NCBI GenBank assembly: GCA_035710825.1
Contig: DASTCU010000219.1
Location: 2,134-66,133 of the forward strand
Direction of reading: 5' to 3'
Source of the DNA: Candidatus Sulfotelmatobacter sp.
Lineage (GTDB): Bacteria > Acidobacteriota > Terriglobia > Terriglobales > Acidobacteriaceae
Length of the DNA stretch: 64,000 nt
Position numbers and translations under genes: made by a program. Positions 35,090 through 45,749 of this stretch are shown here, piece by piece. Numbering within the stretch: position 1 is the first letter of the stretch; each line of letters opens with the position of its first letter. The notes beneath the pieces are model-generated. The model worked only from the letters and a program-made list of their open reading frames with translations. It had not been told where the DNA came from and did no database searches.

Positions 35090-35691
35090 CTGGAAATAAC
35101 CGGGCCCCTGACCAGTGAACCCTCGGCCGCCAGATCAATCTCCACCGTATCGCTCACGCGCAAAAACAGTGTGCTCGGATTCTTCATGCCCCACTTGGCA
35201 TAGGGAATCGTGAAGTGGACCTTCGCCGTCCAGTGGTCGGCTGCCATTTCAACCTGCGCCGGGACGGTGATCTCGCGCTCCGCTCCATGAATGCTGAAAA
35301 TCCCGTGAACCATCACCGAAGACTTCCCCTCGCCGGCCACCTTACCGTCAATCCGATCCGGACGAAAAGCGATTTCCGGATAACGCGCGCTCTCCAGGAC
35401 TTCTTTGTTCATTTTCCGATCGCGCATGCCGCTGCTGCTTTGACCACTGGCAGCGTCAACCACAATCTCTCCTGCCATCTTTCCTGTTGGCTCGATTTGC
35501 AAGTTTCCATGCTTCACCTTGAACGTTCCATGCACTGTGTGGAGAACGTCGCCGAGCGTGAACTGCACCGAGCTCTGGCCCGGATCAAGCTGGAAAGCCC
35601 TATCCTGAGCCGCCGCAAAGAGGGCGCCACAAGTGAGTAGCGCAATCATCGACAGCACGTGTGTCCGAGAAGTTTTAGACATCCCGCTCAT
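35083..35691 (-). CDS. YceI-family (polyisoprenoid/lipid-binding) periplasmic protein
   Basis: YceI-like motifs SSVQFTLGDVLHTVHGTFKV and YPEIAFRPD, with signal peptide HVLSMIALLTCGALFAAAQ. ATG 35691 overlaps the upstream stop as ATGA; the track ORF extends to 35943. Confidence 0.8.
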   Translation of the reverse strand: MSGMSKTSRTHVLSMIALLTCGALFAAAQDRAFQLDPGQSSVQFTLGDVLHTVHGTFKVKHGNLQIEPTGKMAGEIVVDAASGQSSSGMRDRKMNKEVLESARYPEIAFRPDRIDGKVAGEGKSSVMVHGIFSIHGAEREITVPAQVEMAADHWTAKVHFTIPYAKWGMKNPSTLFLRVSDTVEIDLAAEGSLVRGPVISSQ

Positions 35692-36803
35692 GATTCCGCT
35701 GTAAACAACCCCCATCCTAAAGTTAATCCATCCCAGACCAGACGTTGTGGCGGCAATGCACCAACGTGCAGTGCCAGCATCCTCCGAAAAATCTCTGGAT
35801 GTTTGCGGAAGGCTTGCAGGGTGCGATGCTGCAGTCGCGAGCGTCCATCCAGCGTGAGCATTAACCGCGCCATCAACAAGGGACGCCGAACCAGACGCCG
35901 ATGCTCCGCCTGATAAGGCGCCAGGCTCCCGGATTGCAAGCAATTCGCCAATGCAATTGCCTGGCTGAAAGCCAACTGCAGCCCATCACCTGTGATCGCG
36001 TCTACCGTGCCCGCGGCATCGCCGATGAGCGCAATGTTGTCCTTCCACACATGCCTGAATCGGCGGTTTCCTGTGATCGCTCCTCGTTCCACAGTAACCG
36101 GCTCAGCGCCTTGCAATCGCTCCGCAAGTCTGGGCAACTCCCGCAAGCCGTCTCGCAGGCGCAGGTAAGGGTTGTGCGATGCCAACGCCACGCAGACCTG
36201 ATTCGGACCGACCCCCGCGGCGTAGCCCTGGCAACGATCGCCCCAATGCACCTCCATGTGATCGGTCCAAGGAGCTACGCGATAGTGCTGTCGAAAGGCA
36301 TAACGACGCCGAGGACGAGAGTAGTCGTCCAGGCCAGCCCAGCGCCGAACACGGGAGTTGGAACCATCGGCTCCCACAATCCAGCGGGCTTGAATGAAGC
36401 TGTTGGCGACATAAACTCCCTCGCCGGAGATGCCCGCGACCGGAGCGTTCCACAGCAACTCCGTGCCGAGCTGTGCGGCCCGCGCGATCATCACACGATG
36501 CAGGGCCGTACGGCGAACTGAAAGGCCGCACTCTTGGTTCGGAAACAGAGCCTCGGCGGATGACCACGAACTCACAAACCTGATCCCGCGAAAGGGATGA
36601 GCCTCGGTCAGCGAAAGCTGAATGCCCAGCCGCTCCAGCGCCGCCAGGCCATCGGGCATCAGGCCTTCGCCGCAAGCCTTGTCGATGGGAGGCTGCCCGC
36701 CATCGGCAACCACCACCCGCAATCCACGCTGGCGCGCTGCAATCGCCGCCGCCAGTCCCGCCGGACCGCCGCCAACTATGAAAACATCTGTTGAATTGAG
36801 CAA
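35688..36803 (-). CDS. FAD-dependent oxidoreductase (geranylgeranyl-reductase / aromatic hydroxylase-like flavoprotein)
   Basis: Dinucleotide fold VFIVGGGPAGLAAAIAARQRGLRVVVAD and the GD motif LIGDAAGTVDAITGDGL. Confidence 0.8.
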   Translation of the reverse strand: MLNSTDVFIVGGGPAGLAAAIAARQRGLRVVVADGGQPPIDKACGEGLMPDGLAALERLGIQLSLTEAHPFRGIRFVSSWSSAEALFPNQECGLSVRRTALHRVMIARAAQLGTELLWNAPVAGISGEGVYVANSFIQARWIVGADGSNSRVRRWAGLDDYSRPRRRYAFRQHYRVAPWTDHMEVHWGDRCQGYAAGVGPNQVCVALASHNPYLRLRDGLRELPRLAERLQGAEPVTVERGAITGNRRFRHVWKDNIALIGDAAGTVDAITGDGLQLAFSQAIALANCLQSGSLAPYQAEHRRLVRRPLLMARLMLTLDGRSRLQHRTLQAFRKHPEIFRRMLALHVGALPPQRLVWDGLTLGWGLFTAES

Positions 36804-36813
36804 CTACTCGACC

Positions 36814-37863
36814 TCACCACTGTAGAAGTACGATCTCTGAACAGAATCCCGGCCCCATGGCCGCCAGTATGCCAAGCGTCCCCGGCTCGGGACGGCGGTT
36901 TCTCATCACATCTTCGAGCACCACCAGCACCGATGCGGAAGATAGATTCCCCACGCGTTTCAGGCAATCCCAGGAAGCGTCGAGCTGGCCATTGTTGAGA
37001 TTGAGCGCCGCCGCCGTGGCTTCCAAAACTTTCGGACCTCCCGTATGCAGCACCCAACTTCCTATGTCGCTGCGCTTGTGTCCGTGATCGGCAAGAAACG
37101 CGTCCACGTCGTGCCCGAGATGTTCGCGAATCAGCACAGGAACCTCGGGCGACAGCGTAATGCGGAAGCCCTTCTCAGTCACCTTCCATCCCATCATCGC
37201 TTCCGTGTCTGGATAAAACACGGACCGCGTCGCGAGGACTTCTGGCCCCGTGGCATTGAGATCATCTCCAGTGACGATCACCGCCGCCGAGCCATCGGCA
37301 AAGAGCCCTGACGAAATCAGGTTGGCCACCGAAAGATCGTCGCGCTGTATGGTTAACGAGCAAAGCTCAACTGAAACCAGCGCGGCCGCCTGCGAGGGAT
37401 AAGCACGCACATAATCGGCTGCGCGCGCAATTCCAGCAGCCCCTGCAACGCAACCCAGACCAAAAATCGGCACGCGGCGAATATTCACTGGCAAGCCCAT
37501 GCGATTGATCAGCAGAGCGTCAATGGATGGGCTCGAAATTCCTGTGACCGACGTGAAAAATAGCGCGCCCAATTCGCTCGTCTGCAGTCCGGCATGATGC
37601 AGCGCACGGCAGAGGGCCTGCTCCCCTAGTTCTTGCGCGACCTCAATCCAAATGTCATTTGCCTTTCCCCAGGTGTCGATCTCGTAATATTTTTCCGCAG
37701 GTATGGCGAGATGACGGCCCTCAACGGCCACGTTGCGATGCAGACGCGCCAGCATCTGAGGGTTCTTCAGCTGGTCGCCCCAATACTCCTGCAGCTTCTC
37801 CAGCAAGAATTTTTGCGGGTAATAATGCTTCGGGAAAGCGCTCGCGGCGCTGGCTATTTTCAT
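36814..37863 (-). CDS. type III polyketide synthase (chalcone/stilbene synthase family)
   Basis: Catalytic Cys context IFGLGCVAGAAG, His in VLHTGGPKVL, Asn in VGNLSSASVL. 349 aa. Confidence 0.9.
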   Translation of the reverse strand: MKIASAASAFPKHYYPQKFLLEKLQEYWGDQLKNPQMLARLHRNVAVEGRHLAIPAEKYYEIDTWGKANDIWIEVAQELGEQALCRALHHAGLQTSELGALFFTSVTGISSPSIDALLINRMGLPVNIRRVPIFGLGCVAGAAGIARAADYVRAYPSQAAALVSVELCSLTIQRDDLSVANLISSGLFADGSAAVIVTGDDLNATGPEVLATRSVFYPDTEAMMGWKVTEKGFRITLSPEVPVLIREHLGHDVDAFLADHGHKRSDIGSWVLHTGGPKVLEATAAALNLNNGQLDASWDCLKRVGNLSSASVLVVLEDVMRNRRPEPGTLGILAAMGPGFCSEIVLLQW

Positions 37864-38087
37864 TGGTCATCCGTTCCGGCGCGAGTCAGCGCCATCAGCG
37901 CCGGACATCGGGAATTAAAGAATTAGATGACCGGGCGCTGGTTACAGTTGTACCCACCTTCTGCCGTTACTACATTGTCCCCACGGTAAAGGCCTGAATT
38001 GTCATGGTCATGTTAACAAATGACGAGGTCAGCCGATCCAAAGCCAGGGCCTAGAATTACGTCAGCCGAATAAGGCGGGCTTTCAAA

Positions 38088-39182
38088 TTAATCCGTCACA
38101 GCGATCGATGTCGCCGTGGCGGGCACCGTGTAGGTTTGAACAGAGGTCAGGGTGCCGCTGTTGGTGTCCAGGGCGAAAGACTGAACGCTGGTAGACGAAC
38201 TCCCCTGATTCCCGACAAACAGAAATTTGCCGTTTGGGTCACTGGCTATGAAACTGGGATTCGATCCCGTACCAAACGGGGATGAACTGAGCACGGTCAA
38301 CCCGCCGTCGGATTGGATTGAAAAGGCCACAAGATTGGTTGAACCTTGATTGGCCACATAAAGATATTTTCCGGATTTGTCGATGAACAACGAGACTGGA
38401 CCGGTGAATGATCCACCGAGCGGCGAGTTCTGCAACTGGGTCAGAGATCCGTCAGCATTGATCGTGAATTCCGACAGGGTATTGTCCCCTTTGTTCGCGG
38501 TATAGAGAAAAGTTCCGCTGGAGTTAATCACCAATCCGAAAGGATTATTTCCCGTGATGAAGACTGAATTTGGCTGCAGCGGAGAGAGTACTCCCTGGCT
38601 CACGGTAAATACTTCCACGAATCCCTGGGTCTGCCCGCCTGTAACGTAGAGGAAGTTGCCCGAAGGAGACAGCTTCATGTTCATGGGCGACACACCAATG
38701 GGTGCCGTCGTACTGTTTTGTTGCTGAACCGGGGTCAGCGCACCACTGCTCGCGTCGATGGAGAATACGGAAATGTCCTCCGATCCCGAATTTCCCACAT
38801 AAAGAAAGCTTCCCGCCGAGTCCATGGTCAAAATCGTCGGCACCGAACCTACGTTCGTCCGCGGCGTTACTTCCGTTAGCGTCCCGGTACTCGAGATCGT
38901 GTACAACGAGATGTTCCCCTGCGGTGTGACGCCGGAGTTTGCCGCATACAAGAATTTCTTGGAGGGATGAATGGCGATGGACTGTACTCCCGGACCTGCC
39001 AGGATGGGACTGACTGAAAGTGGCGTCAATATGCCAGAATTCGGATCCTCGCGATAGGCAATAATTTCACTCGACGCAGGGATCGCCGCATACAGAAAAT
39101 GACTGCTGGTCGTAGTGCTACAACCTACCGCTATGGCTATGCTTCCGCAAACAAGCAACAGAGTCGCTGCTTTCTTTCGCAT
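38088..39182 (-). CDS. 7-bladed beta-propeller lactonase-family lipoprotein
   Basis: Lipobox LLVCGSIAIAVGC and repeated blades of the form FLYVGNSGSEDISVFSI / YLYVANQGSTNLVAFSI. Confidence 0.8.
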   Translation of the reverse strand: MRKKAATLLLVCGSIAIAVGCSTTTSSHFLYAAIPASSEIIAYREDPNSGILTPLSVSPILAGPGVQSIAIHPSKKFLYAANSGVTPQGNISLYTISSTGTLTEVTPRTNVGSVPTILTMDSAGSFLYVGNSGSEDISVFSIDASSGALTPVQQQNSTTAPIGVSPMNMKLSPSGNFLYVTGGQTQGFVEVFTVSQGVLSPLQPNSVFITGNNPFGLVINSSGTFLYTANKGDNTLSEFTINADGSLTQLQNSPLGGSFTGPVSLFIDKSGKYLYVANQGSTNLVAFSIQSDGGLTVLSSSPFGTGSNPSFIASDPNGKFLFVGNQGSSSTSVQSFALDTNSGTLTSVQTYTVPATATSIAVTD

Positions 39183-39419
39183 CCGTGACCCCTCATGAAT
39201 TTAAAACGAAACTTGGAAATCGCTGGCTGCCCGGGCTGCTCCAGGACGAACGCTTGCATTCAGGCAGTATTGCCCGTGCTCTCTATCATACGGGACAAGC
39301 GATTTTTACGCAGCATCAGTCGCCGCTAGCTCTGCGATGCGCTATCTCTCCAGGTAGGTTGCACCAGAAACGCCGTACGTCGGAAATCGATCTACGAGAT
39401 TCAAAAATCAACAATTCTC

Positions 39420-42400
39420 TCAATGAGCGGGACTCGGCCGCGGCGGACCCGGCGCCGCTGTTTGCGGCAGCGCATGATCTTCCCCGCCTCGCAAGGCCAG
39501 CCTCAAGCGATCCAGATAGACGTATACGACTGGCGTGGTGAATAGTGTCAGCATCTGGCTCACGATGAGTCCGCCCACAATCGTAATGCCCAGCGGTCGA
39601 TGCAACTCCGAACCCACGCCACCCTCCAGGGCCAGCGGCAGCCCACCGAGCAGCGCAGCCATCGTCGTCATCATGATCGGCCGGAACCGCAGGATACAGG
39701 CATCATAGATCGCCTCTACCGGCTTCTTCCCCTGGTTGCGCTCCACATCGAGCGCGACGTCAATCATCATGATCGCGTTCTTCTTCACCAATCCGATGAG
39801 CAGGATGATGCCGATCATCCCGATCACGTTTAACTCATTGTGCGTAATAAGCAGCGCCAGCAACGCTCCCACACCTGCAGACGGGATCGTCGAAAGAATC
39901 GTAATCGGATGCATGAAGCTCTCATACAACATGCCCAGCACGATATACACCGCAGCCAGGGCCGTAATAATCAGGACCAGCATGTTGGATTTCGAATCCT
40001 GGAATGCCGCGGCTGTGCCTTGAAAACTTGCGGTGATCGTCGGTGGGAATCCGATGCTGCGTTCAGCCTTCTCAATCGCGTCCGTCGCCTGTCCCAGCGA
40101 TACTCCCGGCGCCAGATTGAATGAAATCGTCGCCGAAGGTATCTGCCCTTGATGGTTGACCGCGAGTGGTGTATTCGAAGGCTCAAAATGAGTGAACGCC
40201 GACAAAGGAATAGGCTGTCCCGTGGTCGATTTCAAATAGATGTTCTGCAGCGCTTCCGGTGTCTGCTGAAATTGTTCCGCCACCTCCATGACGACGTGAT
40301 ACTGGTTGAGCGGAAGATACATCGTGGAAACCATGCGCTGCCCGAAAGCGTCGTAGAGAGCATTGTCCAGCGTCTGCGGCGTGATTCCCAGCCGGCTGGC
40401 CGTATCGCGGTCGATGACCAGTTTGGCCTGAAGTCCCTTGTCCTGCTGATCGGAATTCTGGTCTCGCAATTCCGGAAGCTGTCTCATTTTCTGCAACAGC
40501 CGCGGAGCCCACGAATTCAATTCACTGATGTCCGCGCTCTGTAGCGTGTACTGATATTGCGCATTCCCAAATCGTCCGCCAATCGTAAGTTCCTGGGACG
40601 ATTGCAGAATCAGCGTCGCTCCCGGCACCACTGCCAGTTTCCCTCGCAAACGATTGATCACTTCATCAGAGGACGCGTAATGGCATGACTGCCAGAAATG
40701 TTGTTTCTGGCAAGGCCCGCGCTGCTCCACCGGCTTCAGCATGACAAAGAAGCGGCCCTGGTTGAGCGCCGTATTTCCGCCGGTAAAGCCGGCCATCGTG
40801 TCCACTGCAGGGTCAGCCATCACGATCTGTACGTAGCGCGTCATCTTCTCGGCCATTGACTGGAACGAGATGTCCTGCGCCCCGATCAGGGCCCCCTGGA
40901 TGCGCCCGGTATCCTGCTGCGGAAAGAATCCCTTCGGCACGATGATGTACAACCACACGCTTAATGCCGCAACGCCAATCGTAACCAGGAGCGTCACGAA
41001 CTGATATCTAAGCACCCACTTCAGCGCATGCGTATACCCTCCTACCAGACGGTTGAATGACCATTCGCTGGTTCGATAGAAGATGTTGTGCTTCTCCTCC
41101 TTCGGCGGCCTCAGAAATTTTGCGCACATCGTCGGAGTCGTCGTCAACGAGACTACCAGCGACACCCCGATCGCCACACTCAGTGTGACGGCGAATTCGC
41201 GGAACAGCCTTCCCACAATTCCGCCCATCATCAGCAAAGGAATAAACACGGCCACCAGCGACGTGCTCATCGACAGCACCGTAAATCCAATCTCCGCTGC
41301 TCCCTTGAACGTCGCCTGCACTACTCCCATCCCGTGCTCGATATAGCGGGTGATGTTCTCCAGCACCACAATCGCGTCGTCCACCACAAATCCCGTTGAA
41401 ATCGCAAGTGCCATCAGGGATAAGTTATCGAGGCTGTATCCCAGCAGGTACATCACCCCAAACGTTCCTACCAGCGAAAGCGGTACAGCAATACTCGGGA
41501 TGATCGTCGCCCGCACAGTGCGCAAAAATACGAACACGACCATGATCACCAGTGCGATGGAAATCAGCAGCGTCCGCTCGATATCTTTGACCGACGCTCT
41601 CACCGAAACCGTCCGGTCCATCACAACGGAGAGTTCCATCGACGGCGGTATCGAGGATTGAAGGAAGGGAATGACCGCCTGCACCCGGTCGACGGTGTCG
41701 ATGATGTTCGCTCCCGCCTGCCGGAAAATCGCCAGCATCACTCCCTGTTTCCCGTTGATCAACCCCAGATTGCGCGCATCCGTTCTTGAATCGATTACCT
41801 CGCCCACATCGCCAAGCCGCACGGCCGCCCCATTGTGGTAGGCCACGATCAGCGGGCGATATTGATCCGCCGTGAACAGCTGGTCGGTGTCATCGAGCAT
41901 GTACATCCTCGATCCGTTCGAGACTGCTCCCTTCGGGCGGTTAGAGTTCGCGGCGTTGAGCGCGTTCCGCACCGTGTCCAGACCGATTCCAAGCTTGTTC
42001 AACAGAGTCGGATTAACTTCCGCACGCACCGCCGGCTGCGATGATCCCCATACGAAGACTTGCCCTACTCCATCGACCTGCGCCAGTTTCTGCGCCAGGA
42101 TAGAGTCGGCGGCGTCGTACATGTGAGGCACCGTCTCGGTATCCGAAGTTAATCCCAGCAACAGAATGGGAGCATCCGAGGGATTCACCTTTCGATAACT
42201 GGGATTGCTCGGCAGGTTGGCGGGCAACTGGCTTCGCGCCGCATTGATGGACGCCTGCACGTCGCGCGCTGCCGCATCAATGTTCCGGTTCAGATCGAAC
42301 TGCAGCGAGATTCCAGTGCTTCCCAACTGGCTCGAGGAAGTCATCTGGTTGATCGCTGCGATGCGTCCAAACTGCCGCTCGAGCGGCGTCGCTACGGCCG

Positions 42401-42581
42401 ACGCCATCGTTTGCGGATCGGCTCCCGGCAACGAAGCGCCGACGCTGATCACGGGGAACTCCATCTTCGGCAATGAGGCGACTGGAAGGAAATTGAATGC
42501 GAGGATTCCCGACAGCAGCAACGCCATCGCCAGCAGCGAAGTGCCAATCGGACGACGGATAAATGGAGCCGAGATACTCAT
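39420..42581 (-). CDS. RND multidrug efflux permease (MdtC-like)
   Basis: 1053 aa with typical AcrB/MdtC N-terminus MSISAPFIRRPIGTSLLAMALLL and 12-TM architecture. Confidence 0.92.
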   Translation of the reverse strand: MSISAPFIRRPIGTSLLAMALLLSGILAFNFLPVASLPKMEFPVISVGASLPGADPQTMASAVATPLERQFGRIAAINQMTSSSQLGSTGISLQFDLNRNIDAAARDVQASINAARSQLPANLPSNPSYRKVNPSDAPILLLGLTSDTETVPHMYDAADSILAQKLAQVDGVGQVFVWGSSQPAVRAEVNPTLLNKLGIGLDTVRNALNAANSNRPKGAVSNGSRMYMLDDTDQLFTADQYRPLIVAYHNGAAVRLGDVGEVIDSRTDARNLGLINGKQGVMLAIFRQAGANIIDTVDRVQAVIPFLQSSIPPSMELSVVMDRTVSVRASVKDIERTLLISIALVIMVVFVFLRTVRATIIPSIAVPLSLVGTFGVMYLLGYSLDNLSLMALAISTGFVVDDAIVVLENITRYIEHGMGVVQATFKGAAEIGFTVLSMSTSLVAVFIPLLMMGGIVGRLFREFAVTLSVAIGVSLVVSLTTTPTMCAKFLRPPKEEKHNIFYRTSEWSFNRLVGGYTHALKWVLRYQFVTLLVTIGVAALSVWLYIIVPKGFFPQQDTGRIQGALIGAQDISFQSMAEKMTRYVQIVMADPAVDTMAGFTGGNTALNQGRFFVMLKPVEQRGPCQKQHFWQSCHYASSDEVINRLRGKLAVVPGATLILQSSQELTIGGRFGNAQYQYTLQSADISELNSWAPRLLQKMRQLPELRDQNSDQQDKGLQAKLVIDRDTASRLGITPQTLDNALYDAFGQRMVSTMYLPLNQYHVVMEVAEQFQQTPEALQNIYLKSTTGQPIPLSAFTHFEPSNTPLAVNHQGQIPSATISFNLAPGVSLGQATDAIEKAERSIGFPPTITASFQGTAAAFQDSKSNMLVLIITALAAVYIVLGMLYESFMHPITILSTIPSAGVGALLALLITHNELNVIGMIGIILLIGLVKKNAIMMIDVALDVERNQGKKPVEAIYDACILRFRPIMMTTMAALLGGLPLALEGGVGSELHRPLGITIVGGLIVSQMLTLFTTPVVYVYLDRLRLALRGGEDHALPQTAAPGPPRPSPAH

Positions 42582-42584
42582 CGC

Positions 42585-45500
42585 TTAGTCTGTCATGCCC
42601 TCTTGCGGAATGGGATTGCCGATCTGGTAGCGCGCAAATCTCTGCGCCAGCCGGTCAAACCAGAGGTACACCACCGGAGTCGTATAGAGCGTCAACAATT
42701 GGCTGAGCAGCAATCCGCCGACGATCGTGATGCCCAGGGGCCGCCGCAGCTCCGCCCCCGTGCCTGTGCCCAGAGCCAGCGGCAGTCCGCCCAGCAGCGC
42801 TGCCATGGTCGTCATCATGATCGGCCGGAAGCGCAGCAGGCACGCCTGATAGATCGCCTCTTCCGGCGGCTTATGCTCCTCGCGCTCGGCCTCCAGTGCG
42901 AAGTCGATCATCATGATGGCGTTCTTCTTCACGATTCCGATCAGCAAGATGATTCCTATCAGCGCCACCACGGTCAAATCATTTCCCGTGAGCATCAAGG
43001 CCAGAATCGCACCAACTCCAGCAGAAGGCAGCGTCGAGAGAATCGTAATGGGATGAATATAGCTCTCGTACAAAACTCCCAGCACGATATAAACCGTAAT
43101 CACCGCCGCCAGAATCAAGTAAGGCTCACTCGATAATGAGTTCTGGAACGCCGCGGCAGTGCCCTGGAAAGCTGCATGAATGCTGGGCGGCAATTGAATA
43201 TCTTTTTCTGCCTGCTGAATGGCCTTGGTTGCGTCGCCCAGAGATGCTCCCGGCGCCAGGTTGAACGACAGCGTCACCACAGGAAATTGCCCCTGGTGAT
43301 TCACAGCCAGCGACGCGCTGGTCGAGTTCATCCGGGTGAACGCCGAGAGCGGCACTGGGGCGCCGTTCGTCGTCACCGAGGCGCCGTTCGCGCTCGGAGC
43401 CCCCGTGTTCGGGGTCACGGCGCTGGGCCGGATATAGATATCTTTCAAGTTGTCAGGATTCTGCGCGAAGTTCGGCAGGACTTCCAGGATCACGTGATAC
43501 TGGTTCAACTGTGTGAATATGGTCGAGACCTGCCGCTGCCCAAACGCGTCGTAGAGCGTATTGTCGATGGCCTGCGGAAAAATGCCCAAGCGCGACGCGG
43601 TGTCGCGATCAATCGTAACATTCGTTCTCAAGCCGTCATTCAGCTGGTCAGTTGCCACATCGCGCAAGGCGGGCAACGCCTGGAGCTTGGCGACCAGTTT
43701 GGGCGTCCACTGCGCCAACTCTTGCGCATCCGCATCCTCGATCGAGTACTGGAACTGCGTGCGGCTTACGCGATCTTCCACCGTGAGGTCCTGCACCGGC
43801 TGCATGTAGAGAGTGATGCCATGCACTTTTTCGACTTCGGGCTGCAGGCGCCGAATGATCGCCGAGGCATCGTCAGAACGCTGGTCGAGCGGCTTCAGGT
43901 TGATTTGGATTCGTCCCTCATTCGGCGTCGTGTTCGTCCCATCCACCCCGATAAAGGAGGAGAGACTCTCCACGGCCTTATCTTTCAGAATGACCTTGGC
44001 TAGCTCCTGCTGGCGCTGCGCCATGGCATCAAAGGAAACGTCGTCGGGCGCTTCCGATACTCCCAAAATCACGCCCGTATCCTGAACCGGGAAGAATCCT
44101 TTCGGAACGATGACGTACAGGAACAACGTGAGCACCAGGGTCGCGGCGGTCACCAGCAACGTCGCCGTCTGGTGCTTGAGCACCCACTTTACCGTTCGCC
44201 CGTAAAAAGCGATGATGCGGTTGTACAGATCCTCGGTCTTCTCGTAGAACTTCCCCTGCTGACCTTCCTTCCGGTGTTTGAGAAGCTTGGCGCTCATCAT
44301 GGGTGTCAAGCTGAGTGAAACTACTGCGGACACCAGGATGGTCACGGCCAGCGTCACCGCAAATTCCCGGAAGAGCCTTCCGACGATATCGCCCATGAAC
44401 AGCAGGGGAATGAGCACAGCGATCAGCGATACCGTCAGCGAAATGATCGTGAACCCGATCTGCTCCGCGCCCTTCAACGCCGCGTCCAGCGGGGAATCTC
44501 CCGCTTCGAGGAAACGATCGATGTTCTCGATCATCACGATGGCATCGTCCACCACGAATCCGGTGGAGATGGTGAGCGCCATGAGCGTCAGGTTGTTTAA
44601 GCTGTAGCCCAGCAGGTACATCACCCCAAACGTTCCAATCAGCGAGAGCGGAACTGCAACACTGGGAATCGTTGTCGCCGAAAAATTGCGCAGGAATAGG
44701 AAAACCACCATCACCACCAGGGCGATGGCCAGCATCAATTCGAACTCAACATCTTTCACCGAAGCGCGAATCGTTGTGGTCCGGTCCGTGAGAATCTGCA
44801 CCTTCACCGCGGTCGTAAGCGACGCCTGTAATTGCGGCAGCAACTTCTTGATCCGGTCGACGACGCTGATGATGTTGGCACCCGGCTGCCGCTGGATGTT
44901 GACGATCACCGCCGGCGTCAGATTCATCCATGCCGCGAGTTGAACATTCTCGGTTCCATCGATCACATTGGCAACGTCGCTTAGCCGTACCGGAGCGCCA
45001 TTGCGGTAAGCAATCACAATCGGTTTGTACTGTTCGCTGGAAAAAAGCTGGTCATTCGCTCCGATCGTGTACGCCTGCCGCTGCCCGTCAATTACGCCTT
45101 TGGCCTGATCCACATTGGCCTGGGCGAGCGCAGCCCGCAAATCTTCCAGACTCAGCCCGTAAGAAGCCAAGGCCGTGGGATTGGCTTGAATGCGCACCGC
45201 CGGCTTCTGCCCGCCGCTGATAGAAACCAATCCCACGCCCGGCAATTGAGAAATCTTCTGCGCCAGAGAAGTGTCAGCCATATCTTCGACCTTCGATAGC
45301 GCCAGAGAATCGGAGCTCAGCGCCAAGGTCAGAATCGGCGCGTCCGCGGGATTCACCTTGTTGTAGATCGGGGGATTCGGCAGGTCCGTCGGCAAGTAGG
45401 TCGAACCGGAGTTGATGGCGGCCTGCACCTGCTGCTCTTCAACATCGATGTTCTCGTCCACGCCGAACTGAAGAGTGATGATCGAACTGCCGAACGAACT

Positions 45501-45749
45501 GGTCGACGTCATCTGGGTCAGCCCCGGCACCTGCCCGAACTGCCGCTCCAGCGGAGACGTCACTGACGAAGCCATCACCTCCGGATCTGCTCCCGGATAA
45601 AACGTCACCACCTGGATGGTTGGATAGTCCACCTCGGGCAGCGCCGAGACCGGCAGTTGCATGAACGCAACCCAGCCCACCAGCAGCACGCCGACCATCA
45701 GCAGCGTGGTCGCAACCGGCCGTAGGATGAATAATCTTGAAGGGCTCAT
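42585..45749 (-). CDS. RND multidrug efflux permease (MdtB-like)
   Basis: 1054 aa with N-terminus [22 protein letters not shown]. It is a paralogue of the downstream permease, and its start overlaps the MFP stop (ATGA). Confidence 0.92.
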   Translation of the reverse strand: MSPSRLFILRPVATTLLMVGVLLVGWVAFMQLPVSALPEVDYPTIQVVTFYPGADPEVMASSVTSPLERQFGQVPGLTQMTSTSSFGSSIITLQFGVDENIDVEEQQVQAAINSGSTYLPTDLPNPPIYNKVNPADAPILTLALSSDSLALSKVEDMADTSLAQKISQLPGVGLVSISGGQKPAVRIQANPTALASYGLSLEDLRAALAQANVDQAKGVIDGQRQAYTIGANDQLFSSEQYKPIVIAYRNGAPVRLSDVANVIDGTENVQLAAWMNLTPAVIVNIQRQPGANIISVVDRIKKLLPQLQASLTTAVKVQILTDRTTTIRASVKDVEFELMLAIALVVMVVFLFLRNFSATTIPSVAVPLSLIGTFGVMYLLGYSLNNLTLMALTISTGFVVDDAIVMIENIDRFLEAGDSPLDAALKGAEQIGFTIISLTVSLIAVLIPLLFMGDIVGRLFREFAVTLAVTILVSAVVSLSLTPMMSAKLLKHRKEGQQGKFYEKTEDLYNRIIAFYGRTVKWVLKHQTATLLVTAATLVLTLFLYVIVPKGFFPVQDTGVILGVSEAPDDVSFDAMAQRQQELAKVILKDKAVESLSSFIGVDGTNTTPNEGRIQINLKPLDQRSDDASAIIRRLQPEVEKVHGITLYMQPVQDLTVEDRVSRTQFQYSIEDADAQELAQWTPKLVAKLQALPALRDVATDQLNDGLRTNVTIDRDTASRLGIFPQAIDNTLYDAFGQRQVSTIFTQLNQYHVILEVLPNFAQNPDNLKDIYIRPSAVTPNTGAPSANGASVTTNGAPVPLSAFTRMNSTSASLAVNHQGQFPVVTLSFNLAPGASLGDATKAIQQAEKDIQLPPSIHAAFQGTAAAFQNSLSSEPYLILAAVITVYIVLGVLYESYIHPITILSTLPSAGVGAILALMLTGNDLTVVALIGIILLIGIVKKNAIMMIDFALEAEREEHKPPEEAIYQACLLRFRPIMMTTMAALLGGLPLALGTGTGAELRRPLGITIVGGLLLSQLLTLYTTPVVYLWFDRLAQRFARYQIGNPIPQEGMTD

